A DNA stretch of 64,000 nucleotides. It comes from Bacteriovoracaceae bacterium. GTDB taxonomy: Bacteria; Bdellovibrionota; Bacteriovoracia; Bacteriovoracales; Bacteriovoracaceae. The position numbers and the translations under genes were made by a program. The notes under the pieces were generated by a model. It had not been told where the DNA came from and ran no database searches. It worked only from the letters and a program-made list of their open reading frames with translations. Where the stretch lies: positions 1 to 64,000 of the forward strand of contig JABIHA010000118.1 of NCBI GenBank assembly GCA_018649885.1, given 5' to 3'. Numbering within the stretch: position 1 is the stretch's first letter; each line of letters opens with the position of its first letter. Shown piece by piece: positions 9,113-18,050 of the stretch.

Positions 9113-10059
9113 TAAACCCTCACTTCATTTGTTAAATTGTTATTGTTAAAAAACTCTCTCAATTGATTTACGGCCATTTCACCAACACGTACCTGAGCTT
9201 CCTCTGTAGAAGCTCCCAGGTGAGGCGTTAGTATTATATTTCTTAGATTTTTTAATTGATCATTTTCGGCAAGTGGCTCTTCTTTGAAAACATCAAGAGC
9301 TGCGCCTCTAATTTTACCATCACTTAGATGTTGATATAGATCTGCTTCATCAATAATGCCACCTCTAGCAGCGTTGACTAGTATGCTGGTTGGTTTCATT
9401 AAATTTAAAAGCTTTGAATTAATTAGGTTTTTTGTGGCCTCAACAAGAGGTGTGTGAACAGTAATGATATCTGAGTCACTAAAAATCGTCTCAAGGTTTT
9501 TTACTTTCTTTGCATAGGGAATATCTGTTTCTTCGCAGTAGGGGTCAAAGAAGAGCACCTTGGGATCAAATCCAGATATTCTCTTGGCTACTATTTTTCC
9601 AATATTTCCAAACCCTACAAAACCTACAGTTTTGTCAGCTAGCTCCATTCCTGTGAAAGCAGATTTATTCCACTCACCTCTTTTCATAGATGCATCTGCA
9701 AAGCTTGTTTTTCTCAGAAGACTCATCATTAGTGCAACTGCGTGTTCGGCTGCTGAGTTTGCATTGGCACCTGGTGTGTTGGAGACACTTACGCCTTTTT
9801 CCTGACAGTATGCTTTATCAATATTATCCGTGCCTTCTCCTGCTCGAATTACATATTTTAGATTGGGGGCCATATCAACTAGCTCTTTACTCACTTTGGT
9901 AGCTGATCTTATGACTAAAGCCGATGCTTTGGGCATTAGCTCTTTAATTTTATCTTGGCTTAGTTTTGGTTCGGGAAAAACCTCAAAGGAGTCTTGATTT
10001 AAAAGTTCTTGGAATATGGTCTTGTCCATTCCGTCACATACAATGATAAAGGGTTTCAT
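9112..10059 (-). CDS. serA: D-3-phosphoglycerate dehydrogenase-like D-2-hydroxyacid dehydrogenase (no ACT domain)
   Basis: RAGEGTDNID, GFGNIG, NAARG, TPHLGASTEEAQ; TAATG overlap with purA. Confidence 0.8.
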   Translation of the reverse strand: MKPFIIVCDGMDKTIFQELLNQDSFEVFPEPKLSQDKIKELMPKASALVIRSATKVSKELVDMAPNLKYVIRAGEGTDNIDKAYCQEKGVSVSNTPGANANSAAEHAVALMMSLLRKTSFADASMKRGEWNKSAFTGMELADKTVGFVGFGNIGKIVAKRISGFDPKVLFFDPYCEETDIPYAKKVKNLETIFSDSDIITVHTPLVEATKNLINSKLLNLMKPTSILVNAARGGIIDEADLYQHLSDGKIRGAALDVFKEEPLAENDQLKNLRNIILTPHLGASTEEAQVRVGEMAVNQLREFFNNNNLTNEVRV

Positions 10060-10174
10060 AGAAGGTCCTCGGCAGTTGGATTTTGAAACCACGAGAGTAT
10101 ACGCCCGTTTATACAAGCTTCCAATACCCTATTCATAAGCCATGCAACACAGTTTGATGCACCATGTAGGAAAC

Positions 10175-10525
10175 CTAAGCTATGGAGCGTAGCTCAAGGT
10201 TTACCTTAAGTTGATCGAGCACTCCCTGGAACTCCGAAATGGTAGGAAGTTCACCAAAATGCGTGTTTTCATTGGGTGACATAGAGAGAAAATCAATTAA
10301 CTCAATGGGCTGTGATTTCTCACTTCCTTTAGGGAAAACTCGAAAACATGATTTTCCATGTGCGCGGTAGTTTTTAAAGACACAGTCAATCAACTCAGTT
10401 TTTGATAGAGCTCCAAGACCTACCACCTCTTTCTGGGAGCAGAGCTCTAAATACCATACCTTGTAATCTTCTTTGTTCTTGGGGTGTTTTGCCGGTTGAA
10501 CGGCAATGATAAGCAGTGTGTGCAT
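10175..10525 (-). CDS. hypothetical protein
   Basis: AAGGA RBS before ATG 10525; 116 aa. Confidence 0.7.
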   Translation of the reverse strand: MHTLLIIAVQPAKHPKNKEDYKVWYLELCSQKEVVGLGALSKTELIDCVFKNYRAHGKSCFRVFPKGSEKSQPIELIDFLSMSPNENTHFGELPTISEFQGVLDQLKVNLELRSIA

Positions 10526-10720
10526 TGTGACATCCTTGTTCGCGTGTGTAGGTAAAAGCAAAACCTTCCATCCTAGAAAGCCTTGCTCGACCTCATATAG
10601 GGTCAATTCCTAGACCCAGCTATATTTTACAAAGAGCACACTGCTGTGGCAGCTCTTTAAAGCTTTCACGATTTTTAGAGAATTTAAGAATAAGGGTGTT
10701 ATTTGGGTACTATTGGGGGG

Positions 10721-11305
10721 TTATGAGTGTCTTTGTGACCCTGGTTCTTTCAAACTTTCCCATAAGCCTGATACAAAACTATAAGCTACGATGACTTTTA
10801 TCACTGAAAATAGAAGGATTAAAAGATTAAATTGGGCGGGTACTCCGTAAATATACATGCTCCAGCTACTTCCTAAGAGGATTAGCATAAGCTCAGAAAA
10901 AACTAATATCGTAGTTAAGGCGAGCTTTGATCTGGCCAAACTCTTTTGAGTAAAGCCGCTTAAGACGTAACTTACAATTAAAGCACTCCAGAGGAGTCCT
11001 GCACTTATACCCAGGGGATGTACATATAGGTCTGCTCCTAAATAGAACATTGAAAGGAACATTTTATGAACAAGGAATCCTGAGATGATCAAAAGAGATC
11101 TTTTGCGATCAAAACATGTACCCACAATCATTACACCAAGTGTGAATAGGTTTTGAACAGATCCTGAAATGGGAAGCGTGATGCTCATACTGTACATCAG
11201 CTCTAGTAAAAAAATGGCAATAGGAATTAGCATCAAATCGTTTTTCAATCTATCTTTTGATTTATTTCTTTTAAAAAATTGGTCAGATAAAAGATGTTGA
11301 TTCAA
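10721..11305 (-). CDS. divergent BioY-like ECF S-component
   Basis: About six TM segments. SITLPISGSVQNLFTLGV and SVIKVIVA echo the BioY IPLPxxPVPITLQT and DxIK motifs. Confidence 0.5.
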   Translation of the reverse strand: MNQHLLSDQFFKRNKSKDRLKNDLMLIPIAIFLLELMYSMSITLPISGSVQNLFTLGVMIVGTCFDRKRSLLIISGFLVHKMFLSMFYLGADLYVHPLGISAGLLWSALIVSYVLSGFTQKSLARSKLALTTILVFSELMLILLGSSWSMYIYGVPAQFNLLILLFSVIKVIVAYSFVSGLWESLKEPGSQRHS

Positions 11306-11318
11306 ATAAAGCTCCTAT

Positions 11319-11347
11319 AAAAAAAAAGGGCCTCGCAAGCGAAGCCC
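11319..11347 (-). terminator. intrinsic terminator after hppA
   Basis: GGGCTTCGC-TT-GCGAGGCCC followed by T9 on the minus strand. Confidence 0.8.
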
Positions 11348-11357
11348 CATATTATTT

Positions 11358-13367
11358 TTAAGCTAAAAGCGGTGCTATTACCAAGGCAACAATACTCATC
11401 AGTTTGACGAGAATATTCATGGCAGGCCCTGAAGTATCTTTAAAGGGGTCACCAACAGTATCGCCAGTTACGGCAGCCTTGTGGGCCTCAGTTCCCTTTT
11501 CCTCTCCTTCAACATGTCCTTGCTCGATTGCTTTCTTGGCGTTATCCCAAGCACCACCGGCATTGGCCATAAATAGTGCAAGTAGTACGCCTGTTACAGT
11601 CGCGCCTGCAAGAAATCCACCAAGGGCTTCCTTACCTAGGAAAAAGCCCATGGCAATTGGAGAAGCAATAGCTACGAAGCCAGGAATCAGCATTTCTTTA
11701 AGGGCAGCATCTGTGGCGATTCTAATACAGTTTTCAGTATCTGGTTTTCCAGTACCTTCCATAATTCCAGGAATCTCTCTGAATTGTCTTCTTACCTCTT
11801 CAACCATTTGTTGAGCAGCTCTACCAACAGAGCTCATAGTGTTTGCACCTGCAAAAAATGGAACCACTCCACCAATAAAAAGCCCAATAACGACAAGTGG
11901 GTTCATAATATTAATGGTCTGAAGCTCAACTGCAGTGGCATATGCTGAGAACATTGCAAGGGCCGTTAGGGCCGCAGAGCCAATGGCAAAACCTTTTCCA
12001 ATGGCAGCAGTTGTATTGCCAACTGAATCAAGACCATCAGTAATGGCCCTAACTTCTGCTCCAAGTTTACTCATCTCTGCAATACCACCAGCATTATCAG
12101 AAATTGGGCCGTAGGCATCAACAGTCATGGTTACACCAACTGTGGCAAGCATTCCAACAGCAGCAATACCAATGCCGTAAAGTCCTGAAAGACTGTAAGC
12201 CGAGAAAATTCCAATACAAATAAGAATAATAGGAATTACACAAGAATACATTCCCACAGCAATTCCAGCGATAATATTTGTTGCAGGGCCAGTTTTTCCA
12301 GCAAGTGCAATACCTTTTACTGGGCCGAAGTCACCTGAAGTATAGTACTCAGTAACCAAGCCAATAAAAAGTCCTACAAGAGATCCAGTTAGCATTGCCC
12401 AAAAAGGTCCCATTGGATTAGGAAATTCTGTCGTAAATGCCATGGCATCCACCGCAAAATATGACCCAGTGAAAAGCACTAGAAGTCCTACGATTGGGGT
12501 CCATCTAAGGGCCTGAGCTGGGTCCGTGTTTTTCATTAAGTTCATAGTTAAGATGCCCAGAACTGAGGCGATCAAACCGATGCAAATAATGATAAGAGGC
12601 AGAAGAACAGCTCCATTATGAGAAGTTGAAAGTGTTGAGCCAATGAACATAGTAGCAATGACAGATCCTGCATAAGATTCAAAAATATCAGCACCCATAC
12701 CAGCTGTATCACCAACATTGTCACCAACGTTGTCTGCGATTGTTGCAGGGTTTCTAGGATCATCTTCTGGAATACCAGCTTCAACCTTACCAACCAGGTC
12801 AGCGCCTACGTCAGCAGCTTTTGTGTAGATACCGCCACCAATTCTGGCAAAAAGTGCGATTGAAGAAGCACCCATGGCAAAACCATTAAGGGCTTCAATA
12901 TTGCTAGCATCAGTGAAGATAAAGTAACATGCCACAACTCCTAAAAGTCCGAGAGAGGCAACTGACATACCCATAACTGACCCGCCAAAGAAGGCAATTA
13001 AAAGGGCCTTTCCTTGTCCAGAGCTTGCAGCAGCTTGAGCAGTTCTGACATTAGCTTTAGTGGCAGCTTTCATACCGATCCAGCCACAAAACATAGATGT
13101 TAGAGCTCCGATCAGGTAACAAGAAGCAGTTTTTCCGCTTAGTTGCCAAGCGAGTAAGCTTGCAACGACAACTAAAAAGGCCACTAAAATCGTGTACTCT
13201 TTTTTGAGAAATGTCATTGAGCCAGCTTCGATCAGGCCTGCAATTTCTGTCATTTTAGTGTTTCCGGCAGGTTGTTTTATAAGCCAGCCATAAGTGGCCA
13301 GTGCAAACATAAATCCCAGTAAACCAATGACAGGACTGTACTTAACAAATGCAATTGATGCTTCCAT
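11358..13367 (-). CDS. hppA: K+-dependent membrane pyrophosphatase (probably Na+-translocating)
   Basis: [40 protein letters not shown]. Confidence 0.96.
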   Translation of the reverse strand: MEASIAFVKYSPVIGLLGFMFALATYGWLIKQPAGNTKMTEIAGLIEAGSMTFLKKEYTILVAFLVVVASLLAWQLSGKTASCYLIGALTSMFCGWIGMKAATKANVRTAQAAASSGQGKALLIAFFGGSVMGMSVASLGLLGVVACYFIFTDASNIEALNGFAMGASSIALFARIGGGIYTKAADVGADLVGKVEAGIPEDDPRNPATIADNVGDNVGDTAGMGADIFESYAGSVIATMFIGSTLSTSHNGAVLLPLIIICIGLIASVLGILTMNLMKNTDPAQALRWTPIVGLLVLFTGSYFAVDAMAFTTEFPNPMGPFWAMLTGSLVGLFIGLVTEYYTSGDFGPVKGIALAGKTGPATNIIAGIAVGMYSCVIPIILICIGIFSAYSLSGLYGIGIAAVGMLATVGVTMTVDAYGPISDNAGGIAEMSKLGAEVRAITDGLDSVGNTTAAIGKGFAIGSAALTALAMFSAYATAVELQTINIMNPLVVIGLFIGGVVPFFAGANTMSSVGRAAQQMVEEVRRQFREIPGIMEGTGKPDTENCIRIATDAALKEMLIPGFVAIASPIAMGFFLGKEALGGFLAGATVTGVLLALFMANAGGAWDNAKKAIEQGHVEGEEKGTEAHKAAVTGDTVGDPFKDTSGPAMNILVKLMSIVALVIAPLLA

Positions 13368-13614
13368 AAATTGTAATACTCCTAAAAATTTTGGTGAATA
13401 TCTTTAATTATTTATCTTATTTACTAATACTACTTCTCGAAATTACCTTCGTCTTTTCTATTTATCACTTAATTTCAGCGATCTATATTAATATGACAAA
13501 TTGAACATTGAGACAGACAGGTTTAACATATGAAAGTCTAGGCGTAAAACATAAAACCTTTGCGGCTTTTGACTTCCGGGAGGACGGGCCATTTCATCGA
13601 AATTACTGCTTTTA

Positions 13615-15159
13615 TTGTCTTCTGCCAAAATTGCATCGGCCACTTTGATCAGCCGTGTCTTAGGGCTAGTAAGGGAACAGGCCATGGCCCACTATTTTGG
13701 GGCCACAGGGTTAACTGATGCCTTTTTAGTGGCCTATAGAATTCCCAATATATTGAGAGATTTATTTGCTGAAGGGGCCTTCTCTTCTGCATTTGTTCCC
13801 GTTTTTACTGAGGAGAGTGAAAAAGATCCCAAGGCTGCTCGCACCTTGTTATGGAATCTCTTCCTACTTTTAGGAGGGGTTACCTTAGTATTTTGTGGGC
13901 TGATAATGATTTTCTCTCCTCAGTTAATTGCTGCTATCGCACCAAGGTTTGCAGATAATCCAGTTCAGTTGGAATTGACCATAGGGCTGACCAGATTTAT
14001 GGCACCTTTTTTGGTTTTTATATCCATCGCAGCTCTTTTTATGGGGGCCCTCAATTCAGTGGGCGTATTTTTCATACCCTCCCTTGCTCCTGCCTTTTTC
14101 AATGTGGTGATGATTTGCTCTATCATTTTCCTTCCGCCTGTAATGAGATCCATGGGCCACAACCCAAGCTATGCCTTGGGATTTGGTGTCTTTTGCGGCG
14201 GTGTTATACAACTTTTGATTCAGATTCCTCTACTTTATAAGAAAGGCTACGCTCCCAAAATTAAAAGGCCTCTTTTGGGCCACGCGGAGAAAAAAGTCTT
14301 TAAAAAGCTTGGTCCAGGTCTAGTGGGATTTGCGGCCACTCAGGTTAATGTCCTTATTAATACAATGCTTGCAACAGGTGCTGGAGTAGGGGCAGTTTCA
14401 TGGCTGGCCTATGCATTTAGGCTGTTTCAATTTCCCGTGGGAATTTTGGGAGTCTCAATTGCTAACTCCAATTTGGTTCATTTCGGCCGATTTTGGAAAA
14501 AAGGTGAAGAGGATAATGCCAAGGATGTGTTGGTAGAGGGCTTTTACTACTCACTTTTGACCATAAGCTTGGCCACCATGCTCCTTTGTGCATTATCCCA
14601 CCAAAGTGCACACCTGATCTTTCAAAGAGGATTATTTAACATAACTGATAGTATTCAAACGGGAAAGGCCTTGTTTTATTATGCCCTTGGGCTGCCCTTT
14701 TATGGCCTCTACAAGATTATCACTCCCACCTTTTATGTGCTGGATAAGCAACAAATCCCGGTTAGATGCTCCATACTTGGTGTCATTTTTAACGTGGTAT
14801 TTTGTGTCGCCCTCACTCCTCATTATGGATTTGTGATTCTCGCCATTGGAACCAGTTTGGCCATAACTTTAAATGCCTGCATCCAATTGGTTTTACTTAA
14901 AAAGGAGCTAAATTTACCTCTAGCGTCTCTGCTTTCTTTGAGAAATGCAAAGGTCATAGCGAGCGCATTTTTAAGTTTTCCCGTAGCCTTCTACCTTTCT
15001 AAGTATTTATACATCTTCGAAGACTCACTGCTGGAAAGGGCCTTGGGCTTTGTCGTTTGTGCAGGTGCTGCGACAGGTTGCTATATGGCCTTACTTTTTC
15101 TATTCGGTGAGGGTAGGGGGATTACGCAATGGATAAAAAATAAGATTAACAAAAATTGA
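13615..15159 (+). CDS. murJ: lipid II flippase
   Basis: SRVLGLVRE, IPNILRDLFAEGA, multiple TM segments. Confidence 0.95.
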   Translation: MSSAKIASATLISRVLGLVREQAMAHYFGATGLTDAFLVAYRIPNILRDLFAEGAFSSAFVPVFTEESEKDPKAARTLLWNLFLLLGGVTLVFCGLIMIFSPQLIAAIAPRFADNPVQLELTIGLTRFMAPFLVFISIAALFMGALNSVGVFFIPSLAPAFFNVVMICSIIFLPPVMRSMGHNPSYALGFGVFCGGVIQLLIQIPLLYKKGYAPKIKRPLLGHAEKKVFKKLGPGLVGFAATQVNVLINTMLATGAGVGAVSWLAYAFRLFQFPVGILGVSIANSNLVHFGRFWKKGEEDNAKDVLVEGFYYSLLTISLATMLLCALSHQSAHLIFQRGLFNITDSIQTGKALFYYALGLPFYGLYKIITPTFYVLDKQQIPVRCSILGVIFNVVFCVALTPHYGFVILAIGTSLAITLNACIQLVLLKKELNLPLASLLSLRNAKVIASAFLSFPVAFYLSKYLYIFEDSLLERALGFVVCAGAATGCYMALLFLFGEGRGITQWIKNKINKN

Positions 15160-15272
15160 ATGCCATAAATTAATTTTTCTCAAAAGATATGCGTGACTTA
15201 TTCAATTTTTTTAGGCTACAATCCGGCTAATACTAAATCTTCCTGGTACTCGGTGCGAAAAGGAATCAAAAC

Positions 15273-15725
15273 ATGAGATCCGATAACGAGACTCTAACCA
15301 CCCTCGCGGTGCACGTTTTAAATAATTTGAATGAAGCCAATATGGTTGAGTTCCATGCTGAACAAAGAGCTGCTCTTTTAGACAAACTTTGTATGGAGCT
15401 AAACGTAAGTTTTGCTACCGACGAAGATATTAAAGATCAGGCCATTGAAGAAGTTCAAGATAAAATGGGTGATGACTATCTCGTAGATGATGTCACTGAA
15501 ACAGAAATATTCAACCACGCTAGAAAAGAAATCATTAAATCTTTTCAGGGTGAGAATGTTGGTGGTCTCTACCTAGTAGAATCACTTCACACAGCTGGTG
15601 GCAGAATCAAGGACTTTCTCCTAAACTGCGATCTTGTTGAAGATGTTTTTGGTACTGATGAAGAGCTTGTTAACTTTATGGTGACTAAGCTTCGTCAATT
15701 TTCTCCACCAAAGAAAGCTTTCTAA
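15273..15725 (+). CDS. DUF507-like conserved protein
   Basis: Acidic 150-aa protein with LVEDVFGTDEEL, resembling DUF507. Confidence 0.6.
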   Translation: MRSDNETLTTLAVHVLNNLNEANMVEFHAEQRAALLDKLCMELNVSFATDEDIKDQAIEEVQDKMGDDYLVDDVTETEIFNHARKEIIKSFQGENVGGLYLVESLHTAGGRIKDFLLNCDLVEDVFGTDEELVNFMVTKLRQFSPPKKAF

Positions 15726-15734
15726 TAAAAAGTT

Positions 15735-16307
15735 TCAACTAAACTTGGCATTTTTTAGTACTTCTTCGAAGTAGGGTCCCTCGAGTACTCCGTTTAGTAC
15801 ACTAGATTGCGATCTCGCCATGATGGTGGTCTTATCTTTGAGTCGAAACAAGACATAGTCGAGATAGATCCGGTCTTTTGACTCTTTTGTTCCCGTTCCT
15901 TCAAGTCTTATAAAGCCCTCAACATTCGCGATAATTTTTTCATTGGTAAACAAGTGACATGCTTCAGAAATACGAATCTCTTTTTGATCAAGGATAATAT
16001 CGTGCTTTTCCATATCTATGCGAGTGAGCTCAATTAGTGATTGATCCGTCACTCCCATATCTAAAAACTCAGCGTACCACTCATATCTGGTATCAGTTCT
16101 TTCGAACACGAATACACTTTCATCATCCTCTGCACTGGTTTTAGTCCACCAAGAAGGAATGGGAAGACTAAAGGGACCAAAGCTCATGGGGATAGCAGTA
16201 TCGAGATAAGCATCTCTTTCCTCTCTTATGGCAATCATGCCATAAATAAAAAACAGCAGCACCAACCCAAAGATGATCCACTCGAAAATATGGTCATAAA
16301 AAATCAT
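15735..16307 (-). CDS. hypothetical membrane-anchored protein
   Basis: N-terminal TM helix; 190 aa. Confidence 0.7.
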   Translation of the reverse strand: MIFYDHIFEWIIFGLVLLFFIYGMIAIREERDAYLDTAIPMSFGPFSLPIPSWWTKTSAEDDESVFVFERTDTRYEWYAEFLDMGVTDQSLIELTRIDMEKHDIILDQKEIRISEACHLFTNEKIIANVEGFIRLEGTGTKESKDRIYLDYVLFRLKDKTTIMARSQSSVLNGVLEGPYFEEVLKNAKFS

Positions 16308-16355
16308 AGTATTTTATTATCAGTTGACCTACTCCTTGAAAAGGGATGGGGTGAA

Positions 16356-17174
16356 TTAGTGCAGGTGTTTATGGGTGTTTTGATAAAAATTGAGCAAGGT
16401 TTTTTTCCCATGAGCTTGGTTATGGAGTGTAATTATTTTTCTGATAAAAAGAATGATCAAAATAGAGCTGGCTCCGACTAGTGAAAATGGAGGCATTCCC
16501 CCATACCATTTATCGAGATTAAACCAACTTTTATATCCAAATGCAGCGATATGAAGAAATGTAATCAAGAGGGCAATAATTCCACCCTTTTGGATATTTT
16601 TCCATTGCTTAGCGTGCATTTCCCTCATTACAGGTGGAAGAGAAATTATGGCGATAAAGAAAAGGTGAAATAGGGCAAGGGTTCCAAAAAGCATGGATAG
16701 GCTTCCTTGCCAGTTTAAACGGCCTGTTTCTAAATTATAAAACACTTCATAATTATTTGGAGACATCAAAAGAAGTGACATGGCCCCATGGCTTGTCCCT
16801 AGGAAAAAACCTCCGATCCCAAAATATTTTCGATGACCTAAGTACTTTTTGTATCGGGAAGAAAATTTTGCTAGAGGACCAATTATGTAGGCCAGCGACA
16901 TTATAATCACTGAAGAAACACCAAGGGTTTTATTTAGCAGATAAAAAGGTAAATCATACCAAGGCTCATTGTGTTGAATTGTGTATCTGCAAATTGCGTA
17001 TAAAAGAGATGGGATGAAAACTATTAGAAAAATATTGTAAAATTTCTGAAACTCGATATATTTTTTTGCTCTAGGTGATCTTGTTGACTCACTTTTTGGA
17101 GCAATTGCACCTTCTACTTCCAGCTCACTTATCAAATTTTCAATAGATTTTTTTGCAATAAAACTGGCATCCAT
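16356..17174 (-). CDS. STEAP-like ferric reductase transmembrane protein
   Basis: LLNKTLG, RKYFG..H, ISLP.V, WKNIQ...LH..FG; six TM segments. Confidence 0.8.
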   Translation of the reverse strand: MDASFIAKKSIENLISELEVEGAIAPKSESTRSPRAKKYIEFQKFYNIFLIVFIPSLLYAICRYTIQHNEPWYDLPFYLLNKTLGVSSVIIMSLAYIIGPLAKFSSRYKKYLGHRKYFGIGGFFLGTSHGAMSLLLMSPNNYEVFYNLETGRLNWQGSLSMLFGTLALFHLFFIAIISLPPVMREMHAKQWKNIQKGGIIALLITFLHIAAFGYKSWFNLDKWYGGMPPFSLVGASSILIILFIRKIITLHNQAHGKKTLLNFYQNTHKHLH

Positions 17175-17379
17175 GGTACTTAATTAATAAAATTTGTTTC
17201 AATGGTCAACCTTTTGTTTGTTAGGTCGAACGCTTTTGCACTGCTTTAATGTGTGCAAGACATTTTCACGCTAAATAGTACACTGGTTCAGACTTTGACC
17301 TTTTGGCCAACAAAACAAAATCAATTTATTCAGTGTACTTGTAACTTAAGAGTTTTACTTAAATTCCGAGTAGTTTCCT

Positions 17380-17748
17380 ATGGACCCTGTTGTTGCCGGA
17401 TTAATTATTGGTTGTGGAGCTAGTCTAGAGCTTGGAGTAGGTCTCAATAGAGCTTGTAAAGTTATCAAAGAGTGGGATTTACAAGGCAGGGGGTGTGGTT
17501 ACAATTATACTTACTCAAAAGATGCATTACATTGTAGAGTTGAATATTTTTCTCTAGGTACTAGAACTTCATCACCACCATCTTCAAGTTTAGATTTTTA
17601 TGCTGGTTGCAATAGCTGTTCTTTATCTATAAAAAAATCTGAAAAGTCATATGAAGCATGCCAAGCAAACCAAAGTACTGTGCAACCAAACCCTGAATCA
17701 GTAAGGCACAAAGCTATAGAAGATGTTGAACAAATCATTATCGACTAA
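17380..17748 (+). CDS. small Cys-rich hypothetical protein
   Basis: 122 aa with a hydrophobic N-terminus and 7 Cys; no clear RBS. Confidence 0.5.
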   Translation: MDPVVAGLIIGCGASLELGVGLNRACKVIKEWDLQGRGCGYNYTYSKDALHCRVEYFSLGTRTSSPPSSSLDFYAGCNSCSLSIKKSEKSYEACQANQSTVQPNPESVRHKAIEDVEQIIID

Positions 17749-18050
17749 AATGAAACAAATCATGGAATTGGTGATTAACTACAAAGGCTCGCACGATTTG
17801 GGAGATTACTCTTTGCACTGGCTAAGTTGTCTTCGCTTGAGGAGTTAAAATGGTTTAAGCAGTCCACCTTTATCTATGCATGTTAACATGCTCATCAGTA
17901 CACCTTAATCTTGTACCTTCCCAACCACCCGTGCACGAAAATTTATAGCTTATTTTTTATAATTCAAAAGCCTAACTCCTTATAATAAGCCTCCTAAAAA
18001 AACAAACCTGACTCTTTTGATATTAATTTACAACCCACCGATATGACTTC

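Noticed and set aside
10175..10525. DUF3892-like assignment
   Set aside because: Only a faint resemblance (FLSMSPN..LP), too weak to call.
11404..11814. Antisense and overlapping ORFs in hppA and similar ones elsewhere (bamA, lpxA, flh genes)
   Set aside because: Shadow frames of well-conserved genes with no independent signals.
13368..13614. rpsT or an ncRNA upstream of murJ
   Set aside because: No S20-like ORF or convincing structure; it looks like divergent promoters.
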